This document shows positions 12,552-25,981 of a DNA stretch of 64,000 nucleotides, in pieces. The position numbers were made by a program, and so were the translations under genes. The first letter of the stretch is position 1. The number at the start of each line of letters is the position of its first letter. Source of the stretch: Lytechinus pictus (Eukaryota); assembly GCF_037042905.1 (NCBI RefSeq), contig NW_026974140.1, positions 1,552,001 to 1,616,000 on the forward strand, given 5' to 3'. The notes under the pieces are model-generated. The model worked only from the letters and a program-made list of their open reading frames with translations. It did not search any database and was not told where the DNA came from.

Positions 12552-14684
12552 CATTGTATTTCGAATAGAATAAAACCGTTGTTAGAAGAAAATATACACA
12601 ACGATCAAAAAGGTTTTCTCGCTGGTAGATATATAGGTGAAAATATTAGAATTATTTATGATATAATTTCCTACACAGAAAATAATGACATACCTGGTAT
12701 AATTCTTTTTATCGATTTTGAAAAGGCATTCGATTGTGTTTCGCATGATTTTTTATGGAATGTACTGCACTTTTTCAATTATGGTGATAATATTATAAAA
12801 TGGATTAAAGTTATGTATGCTAAATCTACTTCTAGTGTTTTGGTTAATGGCTGTTTAACCTCACGTTTCAACATTAAAAGAGGATGTCGCCAAGGGGACC
12901 CCCTCTCTCCCTATTTGTTTATACTGTGTGCAGAGATCTTAGGGATGTTAGTAAGAAAATCTCAACGGATTAAAGGCATAGTTATTGATAAAAAAGAATA
13001 CAAACTATTGCAATATGCAGATGACACCGTTTTGTTTCTCGATAGTAAGGAAAGTTTGCAAAATGCACTAGACCTTCTAGACATGTTCTCGAAATATTCT
13101 GGTTTAAAGTTTAACATGACTAAAACGCAAATATTGTGTATTGGGTCTCTGAAAAAAACTGTTCAGATTGATTTGCCTGGGACTGATAAAACGTTGATTA
13201 ACATGAAATTCGTTAGATATTTAGGAATCGATTTCTGTATTGGTCTGAAAAATCTCCCTGATTTCAATTATAATAGAGTATTTGATAAACTAAAAAGACA
13301 AATGATATCATGGTCAAAGCGTAATATTTCTGTATTTGGTCGTGTAATCCTTGTCAAATCATTGCTTGTTTCACAATTCAATCATTTATTCATGTCTATT
13401 CCAAATCCGTCTGAACATCTTTTAAAATCAGTAAATGTGTCTTTTTACAAATTTATATGGAAGGGGAAACCCGACAAAATAAGCAGGAAACAGATTGTTT
13501 GTAACTATGAAAATGGTGGACTTAAAATGATCGATGTTGGACACTTTTCTAGAGCTTTGAAGCTGTCTTGGATAAGAAGAATACTGTCAAATTCATGTGA
13601 AGAAGTTTCTCATTTAATGTATGCATTTTTGAAACCGTTAGTAACATTAGAATGGGGTAAAGGGGATATATATTTCACCAAACTATCACTCATGGTCCGA
13701 AACAGTTTTTGGAAGGAAATTTTTATTATAGTTTCCTCCTTTATTCGAAATGTTCAGTGTACTTCTCTTTTTTGGCCGGCTATTCCTTTATGGTACAATT
13801 CCGATGTAAAAATTGGTGGAAAAGGTATATTCTTAAAGGAATGGTGGGACAAAGGCATTAGATTTATTAACGATTTATTAGATGAGAATGGAAAACTTCT
13901 GAAAAGAGATGAGTGTGAAAAAAGATTTTCAATCAAAATTCAGTTTCTTCATTATTATGTCTTATGTCAGATTATTAAATGTAAGTATAAAGCTCAGTTG
14001 AATACGTGTAATATGAAATCTAATGAACCATTATGCCCTGCTTATATCTTTCATTTACTGAAGGACAAAAAAGGATGTAGACATGTATATTATATCATGT
14101 TAAAAGAAAATGATGATAACTTGACTAAATTGTGTAATAGATGGTTTGTCAATGGCATTTCGATGGACACCAGAGATATGAAAAATTATTTTAAAACAAT
14201 GTTTCGATGTACAACTTATACTACAATGAGGTACTTTCAGTACCGACTGCTAAATAAGATATTATATTTGAATAAGGATCTTGTAAAGATGAAAATAACT
14301 GCAGATGCAAAATGCTCTTTTTGTGGAAGGGAAGAAGAAAACGCTATACATTTTTTTTATCAATGTCATGTGGTAAATCTTATCTGGGTACGATTTACAG
14401 ACTGGTTATACAGTTTAACAAGATTTAGAATAAATCTTTCTGCTGTACATGTTTTGTTTGGTTTCACAGAAAAAAGAAACGATGCTTTAAATTGTTTAAT
14501 AATTTGGACGAAACAACAAGTATACTCTGCTCGTGTGGAAAAAACCATACCTAATTTTGAGAAAATTAAACAATATATAAGAAAATGTTACAAAAATGAG
14601 AGGCAAATCAGTATTATGGAAAACAAAACACATAAATTTGATAAAAAATGGGTAAATTTCGAAAGAATTCTTGTCATTTTGTAA
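12552..14684 (+). pseudogene. L1/Tx1 ORF2, C-terminal part (RT and CCHC zinc knuckle)
   Basis: DQKGF, IDFEKAFD, GCRQGDPLSPYLF, QYADD, YLGI, GGL, CSFC-x7-H-x4-C; joins in frame to 10898. Confidence 0.93.
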
Positions 14685-15681
14685 TAAGATTTCCGGACCT
14701 TTATATGTATTTCTGTTTAATGTAAACATATTTTCATGATGAATGTGCAGTGTGTTTCGGGTGAGAGGTGATCAATTATTGTTGGAGTGGCCTTGTTCGG
14801 TGCTCATTTGTTCTTTGCTGCTGCAAGTGTCGGCGGCGGAACGGATGGGTGTAGGACATGGCCACTCTAGTATCGGTTGCCTTTTGCTTGAAACGCCCTG
14901 TAGGCCTATACTTTGTACAAAATTATGCTATGTGTGTATGATATGTTATTTCATTTATATCATTGTTAAAATGTTTATGCAAATATATGCCCTATCGGAG
15001 GGAAATAAAAAAAAGCTTTATAAAAAAAAAAAAGTAAATGTATGTATTCTTTCAAATTTAGTCAGTCTGATTGCATGAATTTAACTTGTATGACCAAATG
15101 TAAATATCCTGATGCTACACAGACTCTGTGTCCACTAAACAGCATTATACACTATTTTGCTTAATAATTTCATGGTCCGCAGTACAAGCGTATCAACTCC
15201 ATCCGGAGTTACTCCGGAGTGACCCCACTTCGCCTTCAGTATGAAAACACCCTTAGAAGTTGATCTAAACTTCCTGGGTCAAACTGCGCACTGTGCTAGG
15301 CATGAATTAAGGGAGAAACCAGTATTTTAGTGTGTTTTGATTAAACCTTGACTCAGCATTTACTGTGTTTTACGTTTGTGTTTTGAATCATGATTTCTTG
15401 TTGTGATTCCTGCTTATGAGGTTGCATATATGTACACAGCCCAGACTATCTGTTGTCTTGCTCGTGCCTATTGCCTCAAGGTCAAAGATCACAGAGGTCA
15501 ATATTTGAACCTTAGAAGTTATGAATTTATAATACTGTAGATATTCATATCTTGCTATAGTGGGGTATAAATTTTAACTGTGGTGTCAAGAATCAAGTTA
15601 TATTTTTAAAGGCTGGTACTGATTGAAATTAATACAAGAATGATTCTTGCTAGCTTTCATGATTTTTTTAATAACTTTTAG

Positions 15682-15827
15682 ATGCCGACCTTGTGGGAAC
15701 GCCTTTTATCCGAGGTGATTATGTGTACTTCCTGTTTCGTGAAGATTCGCAGGAGTCTGCAAGCTCCAGTGTAGGCCAACCGTATCCTCTGAACACCATC
15801 CGGAGTAGAATTGCAAGGATTTGTAAG
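15682..15827 (+). CDS. Semaphorin-like gene, exon a (Sema domain)
   Basis: ttttag|...|gtaagg; translates ADLVGTPFIRGDYVYFLFRED...IRSRIARICK, matching the Sema consensus YFFFRE...SRVARVCK. Confidence 0.9.
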
Positions 15828-16374
15828 GTAAGGTATCATCCAACTGTTCAGGCCATACAAGCCCAGGAACAATATGAGATTCTATGGCTCTTTTGTACTC
15901 TGTATGTGAAGATGTACACAAAAGGAATCTGAAAGAGTAAATGGTATATCACAATCCTCTCAGTCACAATAACTGAACTTGTATGTTGAAGTGATGATTG
16001 ACATTTGTACTATTGTACATGTAGCCCATATACATGTATGACCCTAAAGCTGTGATAGATGTGTTATTACCTTTCACAAAATATAAGATGCATGTAGGAT
16101 GGGGGTCGGGTGTCCGAACACTGTAATATTTTGAAACCCTTTTGTCTTTGGATTGCACAAAAAATATGAATTAATGAGAAAGTCTGTAATACCAAATGAA
16201 GGTCAATTCGTCGCCTTCCCGCAGAAAGGCAGTTAACACGCACATGCGCGCAACATACATTTTCGAGAAAATGCAAATTATGTTTTGACCTTATTTTTGT
16301 GCTTTTAGCAGCTAGTGTACTTTTTTCTGTCCTAATTCTCATACTTTCTGACAAGCAAGATGTTTTCTTCATTG

Positions 16375-18305
16375 TTTTTGTCTCAGCTGCGTAGCAGAGT
16401 GAGACTATAGGCGCCGCTTTTCTGACGACAGCGGGTGGCGGCATCAACACCAAATCTTAACCAAAGGTTAAGTTTTTGAAATGACAGCATAACTTACAAA
16501 ATATATGGACCTAGTTCATGAAACTTGGCCATCAGCTTAATCAAGTATTACTGAACATCCTGCCTGAGTTTCAGGTCACATGACCAAGGTCAAAGGTCAT
16601 TTAGGGTCAATGAACTTTTGCCAACTTGGGGGTATCTGTTGAATTAACATCATAACTTTGATAGTTTATGTTTCTAATTCATGAAACTTGGACATACATG
16701 TACATGTAATAGTAATCAAGTATCACTGAAAATCCTGTGCAAGTTTCAGGTCACATGATTAAGGTCAAAGGTCATTTGGGGTCAATGAACTTTGGCCAAA
16801 TTGGGGGTATTTGTTGAATTACCATCATAACTTTAAAAGTTTATTGGTCTAGTTCATAGTAAAGAGTAATCAAGTTTCACTGAACATTCTGTGCAAATTT
16901 CAGGTCACATGACCAACGTCAAAGGTCAATGAACTTTGGCCATAATAGGGGTATCTGTTGAATTACCATCATAAAATTTGAAAGTTTATGGATCTGATTC
17001 ATGAAACTTGGACATAAGAGTAATGAAGTATCTCTGAACATCCCGTCCGAGTTTCAGGTCACATGATCAAGGTCAAAGGTCATGTAAGGTCAATGAACTT
17101 TGGCCAAGTTGGGGTATTTGTTGAATTACCATCATAACTTTGAAAATTTATTGATCTAGTTCATAAAACTTGGACATAAGAGTAATCAAGTATCACTGTG
17201 CAATTTAAGATCACATGACCAACATCAAAGGTCAATGAACTTTGGCCATAATGGGGGTATCTGTTGAATTACCATCATAACTTTGAAAAAGTTTATGGAT
17301 CTGATTCATGAAACTTGGACATAAGAGTAATCAAGTATCTCTGAACATCCCGTTCGAGTTTCAGGTCACATGATCAAGGTCAAAGGTCATGTAAGGTCAA
17401 TGAACTTTGGCCAAGTTGAGGTATTTGTTGAATTACCATCATAACTTTGAAAATGTATTGATCTAGTTCATAAAACTTGGACATAAGAGTAATCAAGTAT
17501 CACTCACACTGAACATCCTGTGCAATTCAACAGATACCCCCATTATGGCCAAAGTTCATTGACCTTTGGCCATAATGGGGGTATCTGTTGAATTACCATC
17601 ATAACTTTAAAAGATTATGGATCTGATTCATGAAACTTGGACATAAGAGTAATCAAGTATCTTCGAACATCCCGTCTGAATTTCAGGTCACATGACCAAG
17701 GTCAAAGTTCATTTAAGGTCAATGAACTTTGGCCATGTTGGGGGTATTTGTTGAATTACCATCATATCTCTGTAAGTGTATTGGTCTAGTTTATGAAACG
17801 TCGACATAAGAGTAACCAAGTATCACTGAGCATCTTGTGCGAGTTTCAGGTCACATAATTAAGGTCAAAGGTCAATGGACTTTGGCCATCTTGGTGGTAT
17901 TTGTTGAATTACCATCATAACTCTGTAAGTATATGGGTCTAGTTCATAAAACTTGGACATGAGTGTCATCAAGTATCACTGAACATCTTGTGCGAGTTTC
18001 AGGTCACATGACCAAAGACAAAGGTCATTGAACTTTGGCCATTTTAGAGGTAATTATTAGATTGCTGTCATAACTTTAAAAGTTTATAGATATAGTGTGT
18101 AAAATGTGGATATAGGGGTAATCAAGTATCACTGACAAGTTTTAGGCCACATGATCACAGTCAAATGTCAATGAACGTAGTATTGTATCATTATATGAAT
18201 GGTGTTTTTTGTGAATAATTATTTTATAGTAGTTTTCAAAGTCAGCACTGCTGCTATATTGAATCGCGTGATGCAGGTGAGACCGCCAGAGGCATTCCAC
18301 TTGTT
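16375..18305 (+). mobile_element. Helentron-associated (HINE/DINE-1-like) element, family A, with an internal ~155-165 bp tandem array
   Basis: TTTTGTCTCA start, subterminal IR GTCTCA(C)CTGC / GCAGGTGAGAC, GGC microsatellite, repeated GTCACATGACCAAGGTCAAAGGTCA units, CCACTTGTT end in a T run, no TSD. Confidence 0.8.
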
Positions 18306-18644
18306 TTTAAATAAGCCCTAAAGGAATTGACATATCTTTAATCAAACATAGAATTTATACCTAACAATACATGTAACTGCTGAACCTGACTACATAAACT
18401 ACAGTAGTTAATACAAAACTTGGATGGGAGGTGTCCTGATGTGGTATGAAAAAAATGCTCAATATCCTTGTGATTATTGGACAATATCACATAAAATTGC
18501 ATCCAGTTTTAGAAATTATTGCAGTATATGGGTGCATTAAAATATATAAACAATATTATGCTGTAATTTTATATTACACCCATCTGCAGTGCCTTCAGCA
18601 GTACCATTTTTGTGAGACAGACTGTATTGCTTTTCTTTGAGAGT

Positions 18645-18927
18645 GGGTGAGTGGTGGTCTAGTGGTTCTGACTCTCGCCTTTCAAACAGAAGGGTCGTGG
18701 GTTCGAATCCTAGCCATGGCGTGTTTTCCTTCAGCAAGAAATTTATCCACACTGTGCTGCACTCGACCCAGGTGAGGTGAATGGGTACCTGGCAGGATTA
18801 TTTCCTTGAATGCACTGAGCACCGGTGATGGCAGCTCGAGCTAAAGCCGGGGTAATAATAGCAGCGCTTTGTATCCTCAGGCAAAAAGCGCTTTATAGAT
18901 CCAGCTATTATTATTATTATTATTATT
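18645..18927 (+). mobile_element. tRNA-derived SINE (Deu/Nin-domain type)
   Basis: A box TGGTCTAGTGG, B box GGTTCGAATCC, central CACTCGACCCAGGTG..AATGGGTACC, (TAT)n tail. Confidence 0.85.
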
Positions 18928-20107
18928 CCTCTAAACAGGATCAAGTCCGTATTTGTTCTTGAATAACTTTGCTCTAACAAAAAGCACCAAGTAATTTCAA
19001 GTGCAACTAGGAACTTTACACTACTAATGTCCGAGAGTCTTTCTTATCAATCTGGTTGTACCCAAGATAGCTGCCTTCTGAATGTCGTACATCCGAAGGT
19101 GAGGAGAGATCTTGGTTATGCAGGCTTCCATTCCCTTCTTCACCATTCCTGAGTGATCAATGATGACTGGTGTGACCTCTGCCTTCACGTTCCACATCCT
19201 CTCGATCTCAATCCTTAGGTCTTGATACTTGAGCCGTTTGTCTCTTTCCTTTACAGCAATGTTGATATCATGGGGAACAGAGACCTCAATGATATTTACT
19301 ACGTTGTTGTCTCTGACGATGATGTCTGGCTTGTTGCCGTTGATGGTTCTATCCGTTAGTATGCCACAGTTCCAATATATGGTGCTGTTATTGATCGTAG
19401 TGATCGTTTGTGGCTGATGTTCCCAAGCGTGATCACAAGTCATTTTACTGCGATCCTTCAGTAGTTGCCAATGGATAAGTTTGGCAATATTGTCATGTCT
19501 TGTGATGTACTCAGTTCCAGCAAGAGTCGAACATGCTGATACCAAATGCATGATTGTTTCGGTCTCTTTTCCACACATCCTGCAAGTGTCGTCTGTGTCT
19601 GTTCTGAGGATAGATTTTTCGTAGGCACGGGTCCTCACCACCTGGTCCTGAATAGCATAGATGAACCCTTCAGTTTCACCTCTTAGTCCCGCCGACTTAA
19701 GCCATTGATGGGTGTCTTTCTGGTCTACGAACTCCCGATGCGTCTGTTTTTCATGGTGGCCATGAAGTCGCTTGGATTTAAGTTGCTCTTGAAGTTTCTT
19801 GTGAAAGGAGCATATAAGTCTTGCCTTCTCTTTTTCACTGTAGGGTAGTGTCAGTCGATGTTGTGCCAATAAGACAGATGCTTGCTTATTAATGGAGTAT
19901 ATTGCTTGACTATTATCATAATCGAGGGATATACTCGTCAGTATATCAGGTGGATTGGATAGGTAGTTGGCGAGGTTCGTTGCTTCCATATTCCAGACCA
20001 TCTCAATTTGTTGTAGACCTCTTTCTCCAAGATCACGGGGTAGGTACAACCTTTCGATTGCGGCCTTTGGGTGATGTAATCTGTGCATTGTTAATTGCTT
20101 TCTGGTC
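18928..20107 (-). mobile_element. 5'-truncated RLE-type non-LTR retrotransposon (R4/Dong-like); ORF 19024-20088
   Basis: RLYLPR..GL, CRMC..ETIMHLVSAC zinc knuckle, RHD, KPDIIV..IIEVSVP..K..KY restriction-like endonuclease; (TAT)n tracts on both sides. Confidence 0.88.
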
Positions 20108-20127
20108 TATTATTATTATTATTATTA

Positions 20128-20159
<32 letters not shown>

Positions 20160-20236
20160 TTTATTATTTTATTATTATTATCATTATTAGTAGTAGTAGT
20201 ACTTAGTATTATTAGTTATTCTTGATTACTTTACAG

Positions 20237-20369
20237 GATGATGCTGGATCCTCAGACAACCTTGTCAGTTATTTGAAGCAGCGGCTATTGTGCTCCAAAA
20301 AGTCGAATGAAGTGTGGGAAACAACACCATATGTTTTTGATGACATACCAATGGAGTACAATGAGATAC
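20237..20369 (+). CDS. Semaphorin-like gene, exon b
   Basis: ttacag|...|gtaagt; DDAGSSDNLVSYLKQRLLCS...EYNEI matches NDxGG..SFLKARLNCS..FNEI; phase 0 start fits exon a. Confidence 0.9.
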
Positions 20370-20768
20370 GTAAGTACAGATTTGAAGATTAAAAACTTAT
20401 TTTTGAACACTATGGCTTTCCACTTATGTTTCTACCAAGCACTCCTTTTTCTTCCCTCTGTTTGAGAGTCATCATTCTGTAAGATATTAACTTTTATTGA
20501 TTTAACCCCAAAATTTTCACCTGGTAACGAGGGATGGTAGTGTTTGTATTATAAAACACATGAATTTGTGATTTTGAGATCTGTTATGAAAGCTGATGTT
20601 CAGGTAGCATGAGTTTAGTCCTTCATGTACATGTATGACTGTTGAGTTTGATATCAGGAGTGTTATTGGTATACCTGGGAGTAATACCCAAATCATTGAT
20701 GCATTCAATCAGTTTACCAACAATCAGCAATCGAATACTACTTTTTACACTAATCAAATGTTCATCAG

Positions 20769-20991
20769 GACCCCGTCTTACAAAGAGTTGCGATTGATCC
20801 GATATATTCCAAAATATTCTCTAGCTATGAGGTATATTCATGCATTCCTCGTTATATTGAAAATTCACTGTGCTTCTCTTTGTTTACAAAGGACATTTGT
20901 GCCCATTTCCTGTAAAAAAATTATGACACGGATGGATTTCCATAGTGTTACAATTGATTGGATCAATCGTAACTCTTTGTTAGACGGGAAG
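20769..20991. mobile_element. Small MITE, possibly Harbinger-type
   Basis: ~29-bp inverted ends CCCGTCTTACAAAGAGTTGCGATTGATCC / GGATCAATCGTAACTCTTTGTTAGACGGG; exact termini degraded. Confidence 0.65.
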
Positions 20992-21178
20992 CTGTTGATT
21001 AAATGCCTATTATCTTTGATATTTGACAACAAAGTGCAAGATAACAATTGAAAAAGATGCTAAAATATGATTAATTATAAACATTGTAACTTTATCAAGT
21101 CATGACAATGACAACAACATGGTAATTGGTGCCTCATAAATGCTGTATATTACTGTGTAATTTTTTTCTTTGTTGCAG

Positions 21179-21248
21179 AGGACTTTGAAATCAGAGACAC
21201 TAGTAATGGTTCAGACACGCTGATTTATGCTATTTTCACCAATGAACG
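21179..21248 (+). CDS. Semaphorin-like gene, exon c
   Basis: ttgcag|...|gtgagt; QDFEIRDTSNGSDTLIYAIFTNE (QD..YAVFT motif); phases 1/2 fit neighbours. Confidence 0.88.
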
Positions 21249-21989
21249 GTGAGTTTATTACTCTCTTTGTGAGTCTACCCCTAAACAAAATACAAACCAT
21301 GTCATATTGATGATTTGTCATAACTTAATCATAAATTAATTCAAGAGACAAACAACCTATTACATGTATATTAAAGTGTATATCTCCTCTTTCTTTTGGT
21401 ATAATTAAGAAGGAAAAGATTCTTCATTCACTCACTCATGAGTGAATGAAAACAAGTTGAAGAAAATATACACAAAATTCACTTGTTGGGAGGTATATGA
21501 ATATCAGAAAGAACATCAAGTACTGTAAGGGGGGCTTTTTGCAATTAATGTACCAATGATTGTTAAAGCAAATGTATATATATATAGGCCCAATAATCAA
21601 TTATGTGTCTTGTAGTAAATCTCAAATTTGCCGGGAGTTGCTGGTTAGCTCTGCTATGATTATGATGGATAGCACTGATCAAAATCTACCACCAAACAAA
21701 CTTTCTTACCAGCACTCATATCACATCCACTCATCCCGCTTGGCACCTCTGATAAAGACAAAAACATATTCCAACATTAACCTACAGATTAAAGTAGAAA
21801 ATAAAAGTTTATTGATTTTCGATATGGTCTTATCAATGTTACATATCAATACAAAGGGAATGATATGGGGATTATTGATACACCATCCTCAAATTATGAG
21901 GATAAACTGCCGGGCCGAAAGTGATGAAATCCCCTTCTGAAATTGGCCTCAAATATGTCTCTGAAAAGAATTGATTTTGATAACGTGTA

Positions 21990-22787
21990 TATGGATAGTG
22001 ATTTTCCGTTTAAAAAAAGTGCCTTTTTTGTTTTAAAAAATCTTAAATTCTGTTTCAGCATGTCAGAAAACAGAAATTCTGTTTCCCCATAGACTTTGTG
22101 TACATGAAAAAGTGACAATTCTGTTTACCCATTGAATAGCAATATCACAACACTTGCGCTGGTCAAAATTTAACCATGCAGTAGAATCCGTTCTAATCGG
22201 ATCTATGCGGTTACACTAAATATTTTGACAAACACATTTAACATGAATACATCCTCACCTTTCATATTATTAGCATTATTTTACGGTTAAATGAAAATTT
22301 ATCAATAATTTGGGGATTTTGGACATCGTTTTCAGCAGTCAACGATTTTCGCCTATCCGCCATTTTGGATTTCAAGACCTCGTTATCGTGCTGTTACATC
22401 TTTAAAAGTAGAGGGCAGCAACACAAGACCGTGTTGTTGAAATCAAACGATGTGTGCATATTTGTGATGGTACATGTTTTGGATAAGCTCAACTCCAAGG
22501 CAGGGTACAGGCAAGAGGGGTACGATCGAGTGTGATGATGTCAAGTGCAGTCATGATGTGTGAATTGTCATGATTGTAGTGAAGTATGATCATGTTTTCT
22601 GGGGTTTTGTGGCCATTTAATATTCGTATTTTGTTTAGATTTTTCAGTAATTTCTGTTGCTGTTCTGTGTATTTTGAGGAAAAATATGTTTTCTATGACT
22701 TTCCATTGAAACGCTTCTTTCCGTTTCAAAAGGCCCTTTCCGTGAATTCCGTCCGTTTTCCGTGACCGCAGAAAATCACTGTCCCTA
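21990..22787. mobile_element. Non-autonomous hAT-like DNA transposon with 6-bp TSD
   Basis: TATGGATAGTGATTTTCCG vs reverse complement of right end TAGGGACAGTGATTTTCTG (16/19); TSD CGTGTA at 21984-21989 and 22788-22793. Confidence 0.75.
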
Positions 22788-22794
22788 CGTGTAC

Positions 22795-24053
22795 TGTTAC
22801 GATACTGCAACAAATAACAAAAAAAAAATCAAAATTTAAAACTGGATTTCCTTTTTTTTATTACAGGAAATATAACAATAATAACATAAAAACATAAATA
22901 AATATTGATCTTACATGTACATCTCTGAGGTGACAGATGTGCAATATATCCAAGTAATAATCCAAGTTGTTTGGTGAAGATTCCGTAAATTAAAGTTCAC
23001 AATGATGGCGATGATGAAACTGATGTTGAAGCACGATGAATAAGATAAGTCACTTTAACAAGTTGAAATGTCGGTGAAGACGATGTTGATGACGATTAAC
23101 AGTCAATTTCAGCAATCCATGGGTTGAAGAGTGTTCATTAAAACAGGTTGATGATCTCGATGAGAACTGAGAAATCCTCTCTCAAAATAACTGCAAACCG
23201 TTCATTGATGGCATGCAAATAATTCCACAGAAGATAAGTATTCCAGGTGGACATAAACTCGGCTCTGACAAAAAGTCTGGCGTGAAACTCTGAGTTCTGA
23301 TCTGATATGTGTGATCTAATATGATGATGTCCTTGCTTATATACAAACTTCAACTATTCTGGAAGTTTCTAACATCCACCATAAAAAAACGTTCTCCTTC
23401 TTTCAGGAGCAGTCAAATCTAGAAGACTCTTGAATGACCTCAGTGAAATTAACAATGGAGGCAAAATAGCTAATCCATTGTCCATTTTCCACTGGAGACA
23501 GGCTCTATTGTTAACATTCTCTATTGTTTGCAAATTCCAGAAATAACAAAGATTATTCAAAGATTACTCAAAGCTGTACTATAGAACATTCTTGATCATT
23601 CTATGCTATGAATATCCTTAAAGGGGAAATAACTAAATAAATGAATGTAATTGCTCTTAATACAATTCTACTTATACATAGCGTACTCATGGAAGGTGTA
23701 AAACTCCTGTTGCCATGTAACTAGGTATTGAATATGTATTCTAGAGACTTCTAGTATTCACTATTATGGAAGATTCTAGTATTGTTTAAAAAAAAAACAT
23801 TCTTCTTTCAGGAGCAGTCAAATTCCAGAAGACTCTTGAATGACCTCACTGAAATCAACAGTGTCAACAAAATAGCTAAGCCTATTGTTCATCTCCACTA
23901 CCAATACATGTCTATTGTAAAGTAATCTCTATTCAGAAATAACAAAGAGTATTCAAAGATTAGTGTCCAACAAAGCTGTAGTGGAACATTCTTGATCATT
24001 CTATGCTAAATAAATGAATGTAATTGCTCTTACAATTCTTCTTATATATAACA
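22795..24053 (-). repeat. 3' LTR (1259 bp, with an extra internal block; possibly composite)
   Basis: TGTTAC...ATAACA; adjacent to the PPT; the TTCAGGAGCAGTCAAAT...TAATTGCTCTT block is present twice. Confidence 0.8.
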
Positions 24054-24267
24054 CCTCCCCCACTGGGGAAAAGAAAGCTTTACTGTAGTAAAGGTTTCTT
24101 TAAGATTACCTTTTTTCCCTTTAACTTTTCTATTAAAGTCATCTTGATAAATTGTTTACAGTTATCGTGTACAAATATGTACTACACAAACATGTTTAAA
24201 TAAATGAACATCAAAGACACTTTCTTCAAATGACACACTTGGTCAAAAGCATGAATAATTTCACTTT

Positions 24268-25600
24268 TTATACTCTTGAAAGAGCATCAGCAATTACATT
24301 ATTCTTTCCCTTAATGTGTACAATTTTCAAAGGGAATGGTTGGAGCATTAGGCTCCATCTGTACAGTCTTTGATTCTTTGTTTTGAATTTCTCCAAAAAC
24401 ACAAGAGGATTGTGGTCTGTATAGACTGTAAACTCTCCATTGGTTAGATACACCTCAAACTGCTGAAGGGCAAGTACGAGACTCAGGGCCTCTTTTTCAA
24501 TAGTCGAGTACTTCTTCTAAAACCGATTGAGTTTCTTAGAAAAAGTAACACACTGGTTTTTCGATGCCTTCATCTTCTTGGAGCAATATTGCTCCTACTC
24601 CAACATCACATGCATCAATAGCTACTTTGAATGGCTTTGTGAAGTTTGGAGCTGCCAAAACAGGCTCATTTACCAAAATGGCCTTTAATTTCTCAAATGA
24701 TCTCTGACATTCGTCAGACCAAACATACTTCACTTTTGCCTTCAGCAGGTTTGTCAGAGGGCTAACCACTGTACTGTAATTTGGAACAAATTTCCTGTAG
24801 AAGCCACTCATACCTAAGAATCTGAGCAATTCATTCTTAGTTGTGGGGATTGGGAAGTCTAAGATAGCTTGTATCTTGGCTTCTCTTGGTAGCACTTGCC
24901 CTTGACCAACCACATGACCAAGATATGTGACCTTTGCCTTGGCAAATTCACTCTTCATCAGATTCACTACTAGATTGGCTTCATCCAGCCTGTCAAACAG
25001 TGCTCTTAAATGATCCAGATGATCATTCCAAGTATCACTGTAAACTAGGATGTCGTCTATGTATACGACACAATTGTCAAGTCCAGCAATCACTTGATTT
25101 GTTAACCTTTGGAAGGTTGCTGGTGCATTTTTCATTCCAAAACGCATGACTTTGCATTGAAATAAGCCTTCAGGTGTGACAAAGGCTGATATCTCTTTGG
25201 CTCAGTCAGTCAATGGCACTTGCCAATATCCTTTAAGCAAGTCTATCTTTGTGATATAGGCAGAATTTCCAACTCTATCAATACAATCTTCTAACCTAGG
25301 AATCGGATACGAGTCAGTCTTAGTTACTGCATTTACCTTTCGTTAATCAATGCAAAATCTCTGAGAGCCGTCTGGCTTTGGAACCATCACATTAGGAGAA
25401 CTCCAACTACTCTGACTCGGTTCGATTATGTCATTATCAAACATAAACTGTATTTCCTTATTCACCATTTCCAACTTGCTTGGATTTAGCCTATAAGGAT
25501 TCTGTTTGATAGGTCTTACATCACCTACGTCTACATCATGCACAGTTAAAGGTGTACGACCTGGTTTTTCTTTACACACATTTTCATAGTCTCTTAACAG
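24268..25600 (-). pseudogene. Gypsy reverse transcriptase and RNase H, with stops and frameshifts
   Basis: PIKQNPYR, SWSSP..VPKPDGSQRFCID, FGMKNAPATFQR, YIDDIL, RFLGMSGFYRKF, DACDVGVGA, TDHNPL, NVIADALSR. Confidence 0.92.
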
Positions 25601-25981
25601 GCCAGATTTATCATTTCTCTGATCTTCAGGCAGGTGTTTTAATGCCTCATCCATATTTCCTAACATCTCTGAGTTAGACAACTTTACACCACATGGTTCG
25701 TTCTTAGATACATCTGTATAAGACAATTCATTAGCGGTCTTTCCATAGCATTCATCTTCATGTACATCTACATGCTTTTCTTCTTTGACCTGTGTTGTAC
25801 CTATTGGCTGGCTAGCCTCTCGCTCAAAGTATTCTTTCAACATGTTTACATGACAAACTCTTTGAGACTTTCTTCGATCAGGGGTACTGATCACATAGTT
25901 GACATCATTCAATTTCTTTTTGACTATGTAGGGACCACTAAACTTAGCTTTCAAGGGCTCACCTTGCAAAGGCAACAACAC

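Larger units (their letters stand above)
99..15031 (+). mobile_element. Full-length L1/Tx1-clade non-LTR retrotransposon (about 7.3 kb once two nested DNA transposons are removed)
   Basis: 16-bp TSD AAGTAAATGTATGTAT at 83-98 and 15032-15047; AATAAA and A-rich tail at 15004-15031; ORF1 plus APE-RT-CCHC ORF2. Confidence 0.93.

Noticed and set aside
9186..14684. Two separate proteins of 610 and 746 aa
   Set aside because: They are one ORF2; the C-terminus of the first and N-terminus of the second are read-through into the inserted transposon
18645..18720. tRNA gene
   Set aside because: A and B boxes run on into a SINE body and (TAT)n tail; no proper acceptor stem or poly-T terminator
19902..20225. 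107-aa ORF with a hydrophobic, TM-like C-terminus
   Set aside because: Poly-Ile/Leu comes from the (TAT)n microsatellite
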